In this document: positions 1-8,964 of the stretch, one piece after another
Layout of the letters: each line of letters starts with the position of its first letter
Position numbering within the stretch: position 1 is the first letter of the stretch
Assembly: GCA_963662715.1 (NCBI GenBank)
Contig: OY759724.1
Location: 1,410,001-1,442,000, forward strand
Origin: Candidatus Omnitrophota bacterium
Lineage (GTDB): Bacteria > Omnitrophota > Gorgyraeia > Zapsychrales > JANLHA01
DNA: 32,000 bases
Direction: 5' to 3'
The notes under the pieces: model-generated
The model's database searches: none
The model's input: the letters and a program-made list of their open reading frames with translations, nothing else
Told to the model about the DNA's origin: nothing
Made by a program: the position numbers and the translations under genes

Positions 1-1920
1 TCTGAAATCAGCCTGATCGACCCGTGGTTTATTGATCACATAGCGCAGATTTGGGAACTGGAACAGGAATTGATTCGGGTGGCCCGGTCCGGAGAGGCGT
101 TTTCTGAACAGCTGTTCAGAAAAGCCAAGGAATACGGGTTCAGTGATCCCCAGCTGGCTCAAATTATGGGGATCAGCGAAGAAGCCGTGCGTCAACAGCG
201 TAAGGACAAGGGCATCGTAGCCACCTTTAAGCAGGTCGATACCTGCGCCGCGGAATTTGAGGCTTATACCCCCTACTATTATTCCACGTATGAACTGGAA
301 GACGAATCCATTATTGAGAACCGGAAGTTAACGGAAGCGGCTTCTGCCCCAAGAAAGAAAATTGTTATTCTGGGCGGGGGGCCGAACCGTATCGGCCAGG
401 GGATTGAATTTGACTATTGCTGCTGCCACGCGGCCTTTGCTTTGGAAGACCTCGGTTATGAAACGATTATGGTCAACTCCAACCCGGAAACCGTTTCCAC
501 GGACTACGACACATCAGACCGGCTGTACTTTGAACCGTTGACATTTGAAGATGTCATGAATATTATCGACGTGGAGCAGCCGGAAGGCGTGATTGTCCAG
601 TACGGGGGGCAGACCCCTTTGAATCTCGCCGACCGCCTGCAGGAAGCCGGAGTCCCGATTATCGGAACAACGGTCAAATCGATCGACCTTGCGGAAAACC
701 GGGAACTGTTCGCGAGGTTTATTTCCCATCTTCACATTGCCCAGCCATCCAATGCTTCGGCCACATCCGTAGAGGAGGCTGTCCAGTATGCCCGGCAGAT
801 CGGCTATCCTGTTCTGGCCCGCCCTTCCTATGTTCTGGGCGGCCGGGCTATGCGTATCGTTTACGATGAGGCCTCTTTATTGTCTTTCATTCGTGAGGCG
901 GAAGAGGTTTCTCAGGGAAAGCCCATCCTTATCGATAAATTTGTGGAAGATGCCATTGAAGTGGACGTTGACGCTATATCCGACGGGGAGCAAACGTATG
1001 TCGCGGGGATTATGGAGCATATTGAGAACGCGGGTATTCATTCGGGGGATTCCGCATGCGTTCTTCCTCCTCACACGATAGGGGAACATATTATTTCGCA
1101 GATCAGACAGTATACGTGTCAGATCGCCCAGGGATTGAAGGTTGTGGGCCTTTTAAATATTCAGTTTGCCGTTAAGGGGAGCAAGATTTATGTCCTGGAG
1201 GTCAACCCCCGGGCTTCGCGTACGGTTCCTTTTGTCAGCAAGACAACGGGGATTCCTTGCGCCAAAATTGCCGCCCAAATTATGGCCGGGAAAAAGATTA
1301 AAGATTTTTCGCTTCCGCAGGAATTGGAATTGCCGCATTTTTCTGTTAAGGAATCTGTACTGCCGTTTTCCCGCTTCTCCGGCGTAGACATTGTTTTGGG
1401 CCCGGAAATGAAATCGACCGGCGAGGTCATGGGTATCGCCATGAACTTTGGAGAAGCTTTTGCCAAATCCCAATTCTGTGCGAACCAAATATTGCCTAAA
1501 ACCGGAACCGTTTTTGTCAGCGTTAAGGACGAGGATAAACGGGCGATTGTTTTTCTGGCGAAAAAACTGCAGGATTTGAAATTCGGTCTGGTGGCCACGC
1601 AGGGAACCGCCAAAGTTTTAAGGTCCAATGGTGTGGCGGTTGACGTGGTCGGGAAATATGCGGAAGGCGAAAACACATTGCTTAATATGATAAAAGAGAA
1701 TAAAATTCATTTAGTCATTAATACGCCGAGCGGTCAGACAAGCCAGTCTGATATGAGAAAAATCAGGGCTTCAGCCATTCTTTATAATATTCCGTGCATT
1801 ACAACGCTGCAGGGAGCCTGGGCAGCGGTGAACGGCATGGAAGATATGCTGAAGCGGTCGTTTTCAGTTAAGTCTTTGCAGAATTATTACCGGAATATGC
1901 AGCACTCCTGTTCTGTCTGA
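1..1920 (+). CDS. carB: Carbamoyl-phosphate synthase large subunit, C-terminal ~640 aa (5' end lies upstream of the window)
   Basis: Frame 1 is open from base 1 (SEISLIDPWFIDH...), so the Met at 70 is internal. Second ATP-grasp half (GGGPNRIGQGIEFDYCC; IQFAVKGSKIYVLEVNPRASRTVPF) and MGS-like allosteric tail (TVFVSVKDEDK...LVATQGTA...HLVINTP). Confidence 0.95.
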   Translation, partial: SEISLIDPWFIDHIAQIWELEQELIRVARSGEAFSEQLFRKAKEYGFSDPQLAQIMGISEEAVRQQRKDKGIVATFKQVDTCAAEFEAYTPYYYSTYELEDESIIENRKLTEAASAPRKKIVILGGGPNRIGQGIEFDYCCCHAAFALEDLGYETIMVNSNPETVSTDYDTSDRLYFEPLTFEDVMNIIDVEQPEGVIVQYGGQTPLNLADRLQEAGVPIIGTTVKSIDLAENRELFARFISHLHIAQPSNASATSVEEAVQYARQIGYPVLARPSYVLGGRAMRIVYDEASLLSFIREAEEVSQGKPILIDKFVEDAIEVDVDAISDGEQTYVAGIMEHIENAGIHSGDSACVLPPHTIGEHIISQIRQYTCQIAQGLKVVGLLNIQFAVKGSKIYVLEVNPRASRTVPFVSKTTGIPCAKIAAQIMAGKKIKDFSLPQELELPHFSVKESVLPFSRFSGVDIVLGPEMKSTGEVMGIAMNFGEAFAKSQFCANQILPKTGTVFVSVKDEDKRAIVFLAKKLQDLKFGLVATQGTAKVLRSNGVAVDVVGKYAEGENTLLNMIKENKIHLVINTPSGQTSQSDMRKIRASAILYNIPCITTLQGAWAAVNGMEDMLKRSFSVKSLQNYYRNMQHSCSV

Positions 1921-1944
1921 TATCGAAAATAAGGAGAGGCCATC

Positions 1945-3318
1945 GTGTGTGGGATCATTGGTATTGCCAACCATGAGCAAGCGGCAAGAGTTGCTTTCCT
2001 GGGGCTTTATGCCTTACAGCACCGGGGAGAAGAAGCGGCTGGAATTGTGACCTTTGACGGAAAAAAACCCCATGTTATAAAAAATATGGGATTGGTGGCC
2101 GATGCCTTTAGTGAAAAGTCCCTGGAGAGTCTGCAGGGCGCCTGCGCTATCGGTCATAGCCGTTATTCGACAACCGGTTCCAGTAATATTAAAAATGTTC
2201 AGCCGTTTCTGGCCACCCACAAGAACCGGCCTATCGCTTTGGCGCATAACGGGAATTTAACCAATACCGAAGAGTTATATAAAGAACTGGAAGAGGAAGG
2301 CGCTATTTTCCAGACGTCCATGGATTCGGAAATCATCGTCCATCTGCTTGCCCGCAGGAAATCTCCTGATGTTAAAGACTGGTTTGTTCATGTCTTGTCT
2401 CAGCTGGAAGGCTCTTATTCACTGGTTTTTCTCCTGGGGGATATGGTGATTGGCGCCCGGGACCCCCATGGATTCCGTCCTTTGTGTTTAGGCAAAATCA
2501 ACGGGAGTTATATCTTGTCCAGCGAAAGCTGTGCTCTGGATTTGAACAGGGCTGAATTTATCCGGGAGATCGAGCCCGGAGAGATTGTTTTTATTAAGGG
2601 AGAGAAGATCGAATCCTGTCAAATAGCGAAGAAATCCCCGAAAAAAACTCAGTGTATCTTTGAAAATATTTATTTTTCCCGGCCGGACAGCCATATTTTT
2701 CATGACAATGTTTATCTTGTCCGGAAACGTCTGGGGATTCAATTGGCCAAAGAGAGTCCGGTTGCTGACGCGGACTTTGTGATGGCTTTTCCCGATTCCG
2801 GCAATTACGCGGGGCTTGGCTATGCGCAGGAACTGGACTTGCCCTTTGAAATCGGAATTATCCGGAACCATTATATTGGCCGGACATTCATTCAGCCAAC
2901 GCAATTGGCTCGCGACTCCCGCGTCAGGGTCAAACTGAATCCTATCCGGGAAGTCCTGCAGGGGAAAAAGGTTGTTGTGGTGGACGATTCTATTGTCCGG
3001 GGAACGACAAGCCGAAACCGTATTGTCGAGTTGCGCCGGGCGGGAGTGAAAGAAGTGCATATGCGGATTTCCTGCCCGCCGATCAAATCCCCGTGTTTTT
3101 ACGGCATTGATTTCCCCAGCAAGAAGGAGCTCATTGCCGCAAATAAGTCGGTTGAGGAGATTGCCAGGTATATTGAAGTGGATTCTTTGGGGTACATCAG
3201 TTTAGAGGGGATGTTATCCTGCATGAAGAATTCCCAGGACTTTTGCACAGCCTGTTTTACGGGCGAATATCCGGTTAAGATCCCCAGCAACCAGAGTAAA
3301 TATTTGTTGGAAGTTTGA
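1945..3318 (+). CDS. purF: Amidophosphoribosyltransferase (glutamine PRPP amidotransferase)
   Basis: GTG start preceded by AAGGAGAGG. MCGIIGI Ntn-nucleophile Cys at the N-terminus, PRTase loop VVVVDDSIVRGTT, Cys-rich C-terminus (CFYGIDFP, CTACFTGEYP). Confidence 0.95.
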   Translation: MCGIIGIANHEQAARVAFLGLYALQHRGEEAAGIVTFDGKKPHVIKNMGLVADAFSEKSLESLQGACAIGHSRYSTTGSSNIKNVQPFLATHKNRPIALAHNGNLTNTEELYKELEEEGAIFQTSMDSEIIVHLLARRKSPDVKDWFVHVLSQLEGSYSLVFLLGDMVIGARDPHGFRPLCLGKINGSYILSSESCALDLNRAEFIREIEPGEIVFIKGEKIESCQIAKKSPKKTQCIFENIYFSRPDSHIFHDNVYLVRKRLGIQLAKESPVADADFVMAFPDSGNYAGLGYAQELDLPFEIGIIRNHYIGRTFIQPTQLARDSRVRVKLNPIREVLQGKKVVVVDDSIVRGTTSRNRIVELRRAGVKEVHMRISCPPIKSPCFYGIDFPSKKELIAANKSVEEIARYIEVDSLGYISLEGMLSCMKNSQDFCTACFTGEYPVKIPSNQSKYLLEV

Positions 3319-3455
3319 CGGACAGCGGTCCTTTTCGGAGGGCCCCGCCGGAAACATGTTTAATTTGACGAGAACTGCCGGTCAGGCATTTTTCGTTAAA
3401 AATATATTGTTGATAAGCAGCCGCAGCAGGACACAATTTTCGATAAGGTGATATT

Positions 3456-5063
3456 ATGAGTAAATTTATTTTTGTTACGGGGGGTGTTGTTTCAAGTCTG
3501 GGCAAGGGGATTGCCGCCGCGACCGTCGGGAAACTGCTGGAAGCGCGCGGCCTGACAACAAATTTGATCAAATGCGATCCTTACCTTAACGTGGATCCGG
3601 GGACGATGAACCCTTTTCAGCACGGTGAAGTCTACGTGACAAACGACGGGGCGGAAACCGACCTGGATTTGGGGCATTATGAAAGGTTTACCAACGCCAG
3701 CATTACGAGGGACAGCAATATTACAACAGGGAAAATATATTATTCTGTCATCACGAAAGAAAGGCGGGGGGATTATTTGGGAAAGACGGTGCAGATTATC
3801 CCGCATATCACCGACGAAATTAAGCATTCCATCCGCCTTGTCCCCCATCACCGGCCGGTGGACATCACCATCGTCGAGATCGGCGGCACTGTCGGCGATA
3901 TTGAAAGCTTGCCCTTCCTGGAGGCGATACGCCAGATGAGGTGGGAGCTTGGGGAAAGTTATGCTTTAAATATTCATGTCACCCTGTTGCCGTATATCAA
4001 GGCTGCCGGTGAACAAAAGACAAAACCGACGCAGCATAGCGTGGGGCGGCTGCGGGAAATAGGCATCCAGCCGGATATCTTGCTGTGCCGTACGGAGAAA
4101 CATATTACCAAGGAACAAAAAGAGAAGATTGCTTTGTTCTGCAACGTGGATAAGGAAAGCGTCATTGAAGCCGGCGATGTCAAACATATCTATGAAGTTC
4201 CGCTGTCTTTCAAGAAAGAAAGTCTGGATGACCTGATCCTGAAAAAGTTGAACATTAAAGCCGCGGACAATGATTTAAAGGATTGGAATAATTATGTTGT
4301 TAAGCGGCTGAAGAACCCGGCGCATGAAGTGAAAATTTCTGTGGTCGGCAAATATATCTCCCTGCCCGATGCCTATAAGTCTATTTATGAAGCCCTTGTG
4401 CACGGCGGGATTGCGAACAACGCCAAGGTTATTATTAATAAAATTGATTCGGAAGACCTGGAAAAGAAGAAAAATGTCGTTAAATGCCTGAAAGACTCCC
4501 AGGGCATTCTTATTCCCGGCGGGTTCGGGAACCGGGGCATTGAAGGGAAAATTCGCGCTGTTCAGTATGCCCGGGAGAACAATATTCCCTTTTTCGGTAT
4601 TTGCCTGGGTATGCAGGTGGCGACCATTGAGTTTGCCAGGAATGTTTGCGGATTGAAGGATGCGAATTCAACAGAATTTGATGCCGCGACAAAGAATCCG
4701 GTGATCAGCTTGTTGGAGGAGCAAAAGCATGTTTCCGGAATGGGGGCCAGCATGCGTTTAGGCGCATATGCCTGCAAGCTGCTGAAGAATTCCTGTTCTT
4801 CCCGTGCGTATAAGAAAGAGAATATCAGCGAACGGCATCGCCACCGGTATGAATTTAATAATAAATATAAGAAGATTATGGAACGGAAAGGCTTGGTGGT
4901 CGCCGGCCGCCATCCTCAAAAAGGCTTGGTGGAGGTTGTTGAAATCAAGAAGCATCCGTGGTTTGTGGCCTGCCAGTTCCATCCGGAATTCAAATCCAAG
5001 CCCGACCGCTGTCATCCGTTATTCAAGGATTTCATTAAATCGGCGCTCAATGTTAAAAAGTAG
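3456..5063 (+). CDS. pyrG: CTP synthase
   Basis: [20 protein letters not shown]-terminus, [11 protein letters not shown], class-I glutamine amidotransferase motifs GICLGMQ and [18 protein letters not shown] upstream. Confidence 0.95.
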   Translation: MSKFIFVTGGVVSSLGKGIAAATVGKLLEARGLTTNLIKCDPYLNVDPGTMNPFQHGEVYVTNDGAETDLDLGHYERFTNASITRDSNITTGKIYYSVITKERRGDYLGKTVQIIPHITDEIKHSIRLVPHHRPVDITIVEIGGTVGDIESLPFLEAIRQMRWELGESYALNIHVTLLPYIKAAGEQKTKPTQHSVGRLREIGIQPDILLCRTEKHITKEQKEKIALFCNVDKESVIEAGDVKHIYEVPLSFKKESLDDLILKKLNIKAADNDLKDWNNYVVKRLKNPAHEVKISVVGKYISLPDAYKSIYEALVHGGIANNAKVIINKIDSEDLEKKKNVVKCLKDSQGILIPGGFGNRGIEGKIRAVQYARENNIPFFGICLGMQVATIEFARNVCGLKDANSTEFDAATKNPVISLLEEQKHVSGMGASMRLGAYACKLLKNSCSSRAYKKENISERHRHRYEFNNKYKKIMERKGLVVAGRHPQKGLVEVVEIKKHPWFVACQFHPEFKSKPDRCHPLFKDFIKSALNVKK

Positions 5064-5091
5064 TTCCCCTTTGGTTTTTGCGGGCGGTTTT

Positions 5092-5136
5092 CAGGGCCGG
5101 ATACTTTTATCGGCGGCAGAAAAGCCCTGTTTTTTC
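5092..5136 (+). terminator. Possible intrinsic terminator after pyrG
   Basis: CAGGGC (5092-5097) pairs with GCCCTG (5124-5129), with inner GCCG(G)AT/ATCGGC pairing, followed by a T6 run. The loop is long, so the call is moderate at best. Confidence 0.35.
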
Positions 5137-5157
5137 TTATTAAGGAAAATAAGAAAT

Positions 5158-5188
5158 TTTACACTTTTTTGTGATTTGCAGTTAAAAT
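5158..5188 (+). promoter_or_regulatory. Putative sigma70-type promoter for tRNA-Leu
   Basis: TTTACA/TTACAC at 5158-5164, an 18-19 nt spacer, TAAAAT at 5183-5188, 14 nt before the tRNA 5' end. Confidence 0.35.
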
Positions 5189-5201
5189 ATGGCATTGTTT
5201 T

Positions 5202-5283
<82 letters not shown>

Positions 5284-5368
5284 CTATTCTTCGGAACACA
5301 ATTCTTCTGGCGGCAGAACCATTTTGCCGGGTATCAGATTTAGTTATCAGATAAATAAAGAAATTCCT

Positions 5369-6091
5369 ATGAACAAACCGAAAAAAATACAAGTGAGCGC
5401 AAGTATTTTGTGCGCGGATTTTACCCGGCTGAAAGAAGAAATTCATAAATGTGAACAGGCCGGGGTGGATATTCTGCATGTAGATGTTATGGACGGGCAT
5501 TTCGTTCCCAACATTACGGTGGGTTCTTTGATTGTCAAAGCGATCCGCCCGCTGACCAGGCTGCCCATTGACACACATCTGATGATTGAACATCCTGAGG
5601 ATTATATTGATGATTTTTGTCAGGCCGGGGCGGATATTGTGTCTGTTCATGCGGAGTGTTACGGGCCGCTAAAAAAAGACTGCCGGAAGTACGGCCAGTA
5701 TCCCAAGGAGGTAGAGAGCATTGATCCGGAGAGAGCCGGGAAGGATATTCAGAAAATCAAAAATCATGGCAAAAAAGCCCATATGGTGATCAGCCCGGGA
5801 ACGCCTTTGTGCGTTGACGCCCTTTTAAATGATTTGGACGGGGTGCTTATTATGTCCGTTAACCCCGGTTTTGCGAAGCAGAAATTTATGCCTTCGGTTC
5901 TTCCCAAGATTCAGCAGTTAAGAAGCTGTTTTCAGGGGGACATTGAGGTTGACGGCGGCATTAATGATGTGACAGCTCCGGAAGTTATTAAGGCGGGGGC
6001 CAATATTTTAGCGACGGCCAGTTATTTCTTCGGCGCCGGTAACCCCAAGGATGCGGTTAAAAGTCTAAAAGGAATCCTTGCTTCAGGTTAA
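5369..6091 (+). CDS. rpe: Ribulose-phosphate 3-epimerase
   Basis: The ORF track starts at 5189 but that extension overlaps tRNA-Leu. The ATG at 5369 (MNKPKKIQVSASILCADF) gives the canonical Rpe N-terminus. Motifs HVDVMDGHFVPN, MSVNPGFAKQKF, VDGGIN. Confidence 0.9.
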   Translation: MNKPKKIQVSASILCADFTRLKEEIHKCEQAGVDILHVDVMDGHFVPNITVGSLIVKAIRPLTRLPIDTHLMIEHPEDYIDDFCQAGADIVSVHAECYGPLKKDCRKYGQYPKEVESIDPERAGKDIQKIKNHGKKAHMVISPGTPLCVDALLNDLDGVLIMSVNPGFAKQKFMPSVLPKIQQLRSCFQGDIEVDGGINDVTAPEVIKAGANILATASYFFGAGNPKDAVKSLKGILASG

Positions 6092-6110
6092 AAGGCTTTT
6101 TTCAGGAAAA

Positions 6111-6139
6111 TTGAAAAAAAACAGATGTTATGCTATAGT
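6111..6139 (+). promoter_or_regulatory. Near-consensus sigma70 promoter with extended -10
   Basis: TTGAAA (6111-6116), 17-nt spacer, TGc-TATAGT (6131-6139), 32 nt upstream of the ATG at 6171. Confidence 0.55.
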
Positions 6140-6170
6140 TTTTGTAGGGATAAGAAAGGACTCCTGAACA

Positions 6171-6407
6171 ATGTTATTTTGCAATCCACGTTATGCGGGC
6201 AAGCCTTCAGCTAAGCGCAGACGACGCGCCCAGACCGCGATAGAATATCTTATTTTATTAGGGGTGGTTACCGCTATTGTTTTGGCAGGATTTAACTATT
6301 TTGTCCCCTTGGCCCGGGATGACACCAACCGCTATTTTCGTGAGGTTCTCCGCGGGGTCTATGGGAACCAGCCTCCCTGGGACCCAAACTGGAATTCCTA
6401 TCCGTGA
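6171..6407 (+). CDS. Small pilin-like protein with Flp / class III signal-peptide motif
   Basis: Basic leader (KRRRRA) followed by QTAIEYLILLGVVTAIVLAG. TAIEY matches the Flp motif, and the Glu falls at +5 of a putative A|Q prepilin cleavage site, followed by a hydrophobic helix. Confidence 0.55.
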   Translation: MLFCNPRYAGKPSAKRRRRAQTAIEYLILLGVVTAIVLAGFNYFVPLARDDTNRYFREVLRGVYGNQPPWDPNWNSYP

Positions 6408-6420
6408 TTTTTTCCCGCAG

Positions 6421-7371
6421 CTATTCTTCTTTTTCCTGCCGGTTATTCTTTCTTTTATCTCTGACAAAATTGCTCTGATGAAAGCTTTTGGCATATTTTT
6501 TTAATTCGGCTCCCAATTCGCTGATTTGTCCCACATGAGTAATCGGGGACACGGCGTTGCTGACAATCCCGATGGATATGGACAGCAATCCGGTTTTTAT
6601 TTCATTCCCCACCCTGTCCCGGCCGACGATATATCCCGCCTTCTTGTCTTCTTCATTGTAAAAATCCGGGGCGGTCGAATCAAACGCATCGACGATTTCC
6701 TGGCAGATATCATCCATGATGTCGTCATCTGCGATAAAAACAAAATCGTCCCCGCCGATATGGCCGATAAAACTTTCTGACCCGGCTTTCTTCCTGACAA
6801 CCCGGACCAGCAGGCGGGCGACATCTTTAATGACTTCGTCGCCTTTTTCAAAGCCGTATTTATCGTTGTAAACCTTAAATTTGTCCAGATCGGCATAAGC
6901 AACGGCGAAAGCTTTTCCGCCGGTAATGTTCTGCTGGAATTCTTCTACGATAGAGGTGTTCCCGGGAAGATGCGTGAGCGGGTTGGCGTCAAGGCTGCGG
7001 ACGGTCCGGCGCAGGATCATCCGTATCCTCGCCACAAGCGAGTCCGGGTCGAAGGGCTTGACGATATAGTCATCTGCTCCGGCGTCGATCCCCCCGATCA
7101 TGTCTTTAACCTCTCCTTTGCCCGTCAACATAATGACGGGGATGTGCTGCAGCAGAATATCTTTTTTAAGAGCCCGGACGAATTCCCGGCCGTTCATGAC
7201 CGGCATCATATAATCGCAGATGATGAGATTGGGGGTTTTTTTTTGTATGATCTCCAGAGCTTGCTTCCCGTTGGAAGCCTGGATGACGTCATAGGCTTCG
7301 GATAATGTCAGGTCGAGGACATCCAGAATGTCCGGGTCGTCGTCAACGGTTAATATTTTTTCTCGCTGCAT
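6421..7371 (-). CDS. Response regulator: receiver domain plus GGDEF-family (nucleotide cyclase) domain with variant GGDDF motif
   Basis: REC: ILTVDDDPD...ICDYMMPVMNG...TGKG...DDYIVKPF. Cyclase domain: ADLDKFKVYNDKYGFEKGDEVIKDVA, HIGGDDFVFIA, LSISIGIV. RBS AAGGAG. Confidence 0.85.
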   Translation of the reverse strand: MQREKILTVDDDPDILDVLDLTLSEAYDVIQASNGKQALEIIQKKTPNLIICDYMMPVMNGREFVRALKKDILLQHIPVIMLTGKGEVKDMIGGIDAGADDYIVKPFDPDSLVARIRMILRRTVRSLDANPLTHLPGNTSIVEEFQQNITGGKAFAVAYADLDKFKVYNDKYGFEKGDEVIKDVARLLVRVVRKKAGSESFIGHIGGDDFVFIADDDIMDDICQEIVDAFDSTAPDFYNEEDKKAGYIVGRDRVGNEIKTGLLSISIGIVSNAVSPITHVGQISELGAELKKYAKSFHQSNFVRDKRKNNRQEKEE

Positions 7372-7404
7372 GATATCTCCTTTGCTTCAGGTAAGGTTGT
7401 AACT

Positions 7405-8892
7405 TTAGACATCCGGGGTGTTCGCCTTCGGCCCTAACGGTAACGTGAAATAAAAACATGTCCCGACGTTCAACTTGCTGGTCACCCAGATTTTTCCTCC
7501 GTGGGCCTCGACAATCTTTTTGACGAGGGCCAGTCCCAGCCCTGTTCCTTTGACATTCTGATTGATCTCATTGTCGACCCGGTAGAATTCCGTGAAGAGT
7601 TTATGCATGTCTTCCTCTTTGATCCCGATCCCCGTGTCAGAAATGCCGACCGTGACTTTTTTTTCGTCACGGGTGACGTTAGCCGTGATCGTCCCGCTGA
7701 TCGGAGTGAACTTGATGGCGTTGCTGATCAAATTGATAAACACCCTTTCGATTTGAGCGGTATCCATAAAGACTTTGGGAAGGGCGTCCGCAAAATCGGC
7801 AACAAACTGGATGTTTTTATCTTTCATCTGCGGGGTGATCAGGTCCTGCACATTGGCTATAATAGACGGAATATCGTGTTCGAGAAATTTCATCTCGACG
7901 CGTCCGGATTCGATCCGGGAGATGTCAAGCAGATTGTTGATGAGCTGCACAAGATTATCCGTGTGTTTGTTGATTTTCCCCAGGCGTTCCCGCACTTTTT
8001 CCGGGACCGCGCCGACTTTCCCTGTCATCAAAATCGAGGCATATCCTTTTATGGATGTTAAAGGGGTCCTTAGTTCGTGGGACACGGCAGAGATAAACTC
8101 AGACTTTGTTTTGCTGATCCGTTTGACTTCTTCCAGCACGGAAGAAAGCTCTTTGGTCCTGTCCTGGACTTTTCGTTCCAGTTCCTGGCTGGAACGGTAA
8201 ACCTGTTCAAATAACCGGGCGTTTGCCAGCGAGTGGCCGATTTGATCCGCCAGGATGGAAATGACTTCCTCGTCCCCCTCGGTCATCGTGTAGGATTCGG
8301 AAAGGTTTCCCGCCATGATGATCCCCAGGACATTTTGCTGGGACAGGATCGGCGTGACAATGAACTGCCGGACGGAAAGGATTTTCGTGAATTCCTCTTT
8401 AACGTCCCTGGGAGAACTGAGGGAGGAGATGATATCCCCCTTCTTGGCGGACTGCAACAACTCCGTCTTGGCATTGAACATATCGACTATGGGTTTAATG
8501 TCTTTGCGGGGGAAGCCGAAGTCCACCCGGGGTTTTAAGGGGCTGGAATTTTTAAAAGTCAGGATAAGAAATTTTTCAAAGCCCAATTCCGTGAGAAAAG
8601 GCTGGTTGAGCCGGTGAAAGACCTCGTCTTCAATAAGCGTTGTGCTGATAAGCCGTGAAATTTTATGCAGGGCATCAAGCCCGTTCAGACGTTTATCGAG
8701 GGCTTCCTGGGCTTTGTTCAGCTCGAGGTCTGTCTGCAGGATGATTTTTGCCTGTTCATCCAGTTCCTGAAAAGAATTGGAAACCTGCAGAAGAGATCTT
8801 TTAAGATTTTTGACTGTCCTTGCGTAGTTGACAAAAAAAAGCGCAAGAATTCCAAAAATGACAAAAAGTAATAAACCGTAAATATGGTGCAT
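7405..8892 (-). CDS. Sensor histidine kinase (N-terminal TM, coiled coil, GAF-like domain, HisKA, HATPase_c)
   Basis: H-box SAVSHELRTPLTSIKGY. N-box LISNAIKFT. G-boxes DTGIGI and GTGLGLALVKKIVEAHGG. Hydrophobic N-terminus LLLFVIFGILALFFV. RBS AGGAG. Confidence 0.9.
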   Translation of the reverse strand: MHHIYGLLLFVIFGILALFFVNYARTVKNLKRSLLQVSNSFQELDEQAKIILQTDLELNKAQEALDKRLNGLDALHKISRLISTTLIEDEVFHRLNQPFLTELGFEKFLILTFKNSSPLKPRVDFGFPRKDIKPIVDMFNAKTELLQSAKKGDIISSLSSPRDVKEEFTKILSVRQFIVTPILSQQNVLGIIMAGNLSESYTMTEGDEEVISILADQIGHSLANARLFEQVYRSSQELERKVQDRTKELSSVLEEVKRISKTKSEFISAVSHELRTPLTSIKGYASILMTGKVGAVPEKVRERLGKINKHTDNLVQLINNLLDISRIESGRVEMKFLEHDIPSIIANVQDLITPQMKDKNIQFVADFADALPKVFMDTAQIERVFINLISNAIKFTPISGTITANVTRDEKKVTVGISDTGIGIKEEDMHKLFTEFYRVDNEINQNVKGTGLGLALVKKIVEAHGGKIWVTSKLNVGTCFYFTLPLGPKANTPDV

Positions 8893-8964
8893 ACGATTTT
8901 GCTCCTGCTTTTTGCCGCTGTTGCCGGATCGTTATTGTTATACCCTTGTTTTGGCCCGAGGTCG

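Noticed and set aside
2488-3060. Long antisense ORFs inside purF (190 aa), the OmpR-type regulator (19509-20084), the histidine kinase (20969-21589), carB (1188-1676) and the kinase-like gene (17773-18255)
   Set aside because: All are opposite-strand frames of genes with unambiguous domain signatures. These are typical shadow ORFs.
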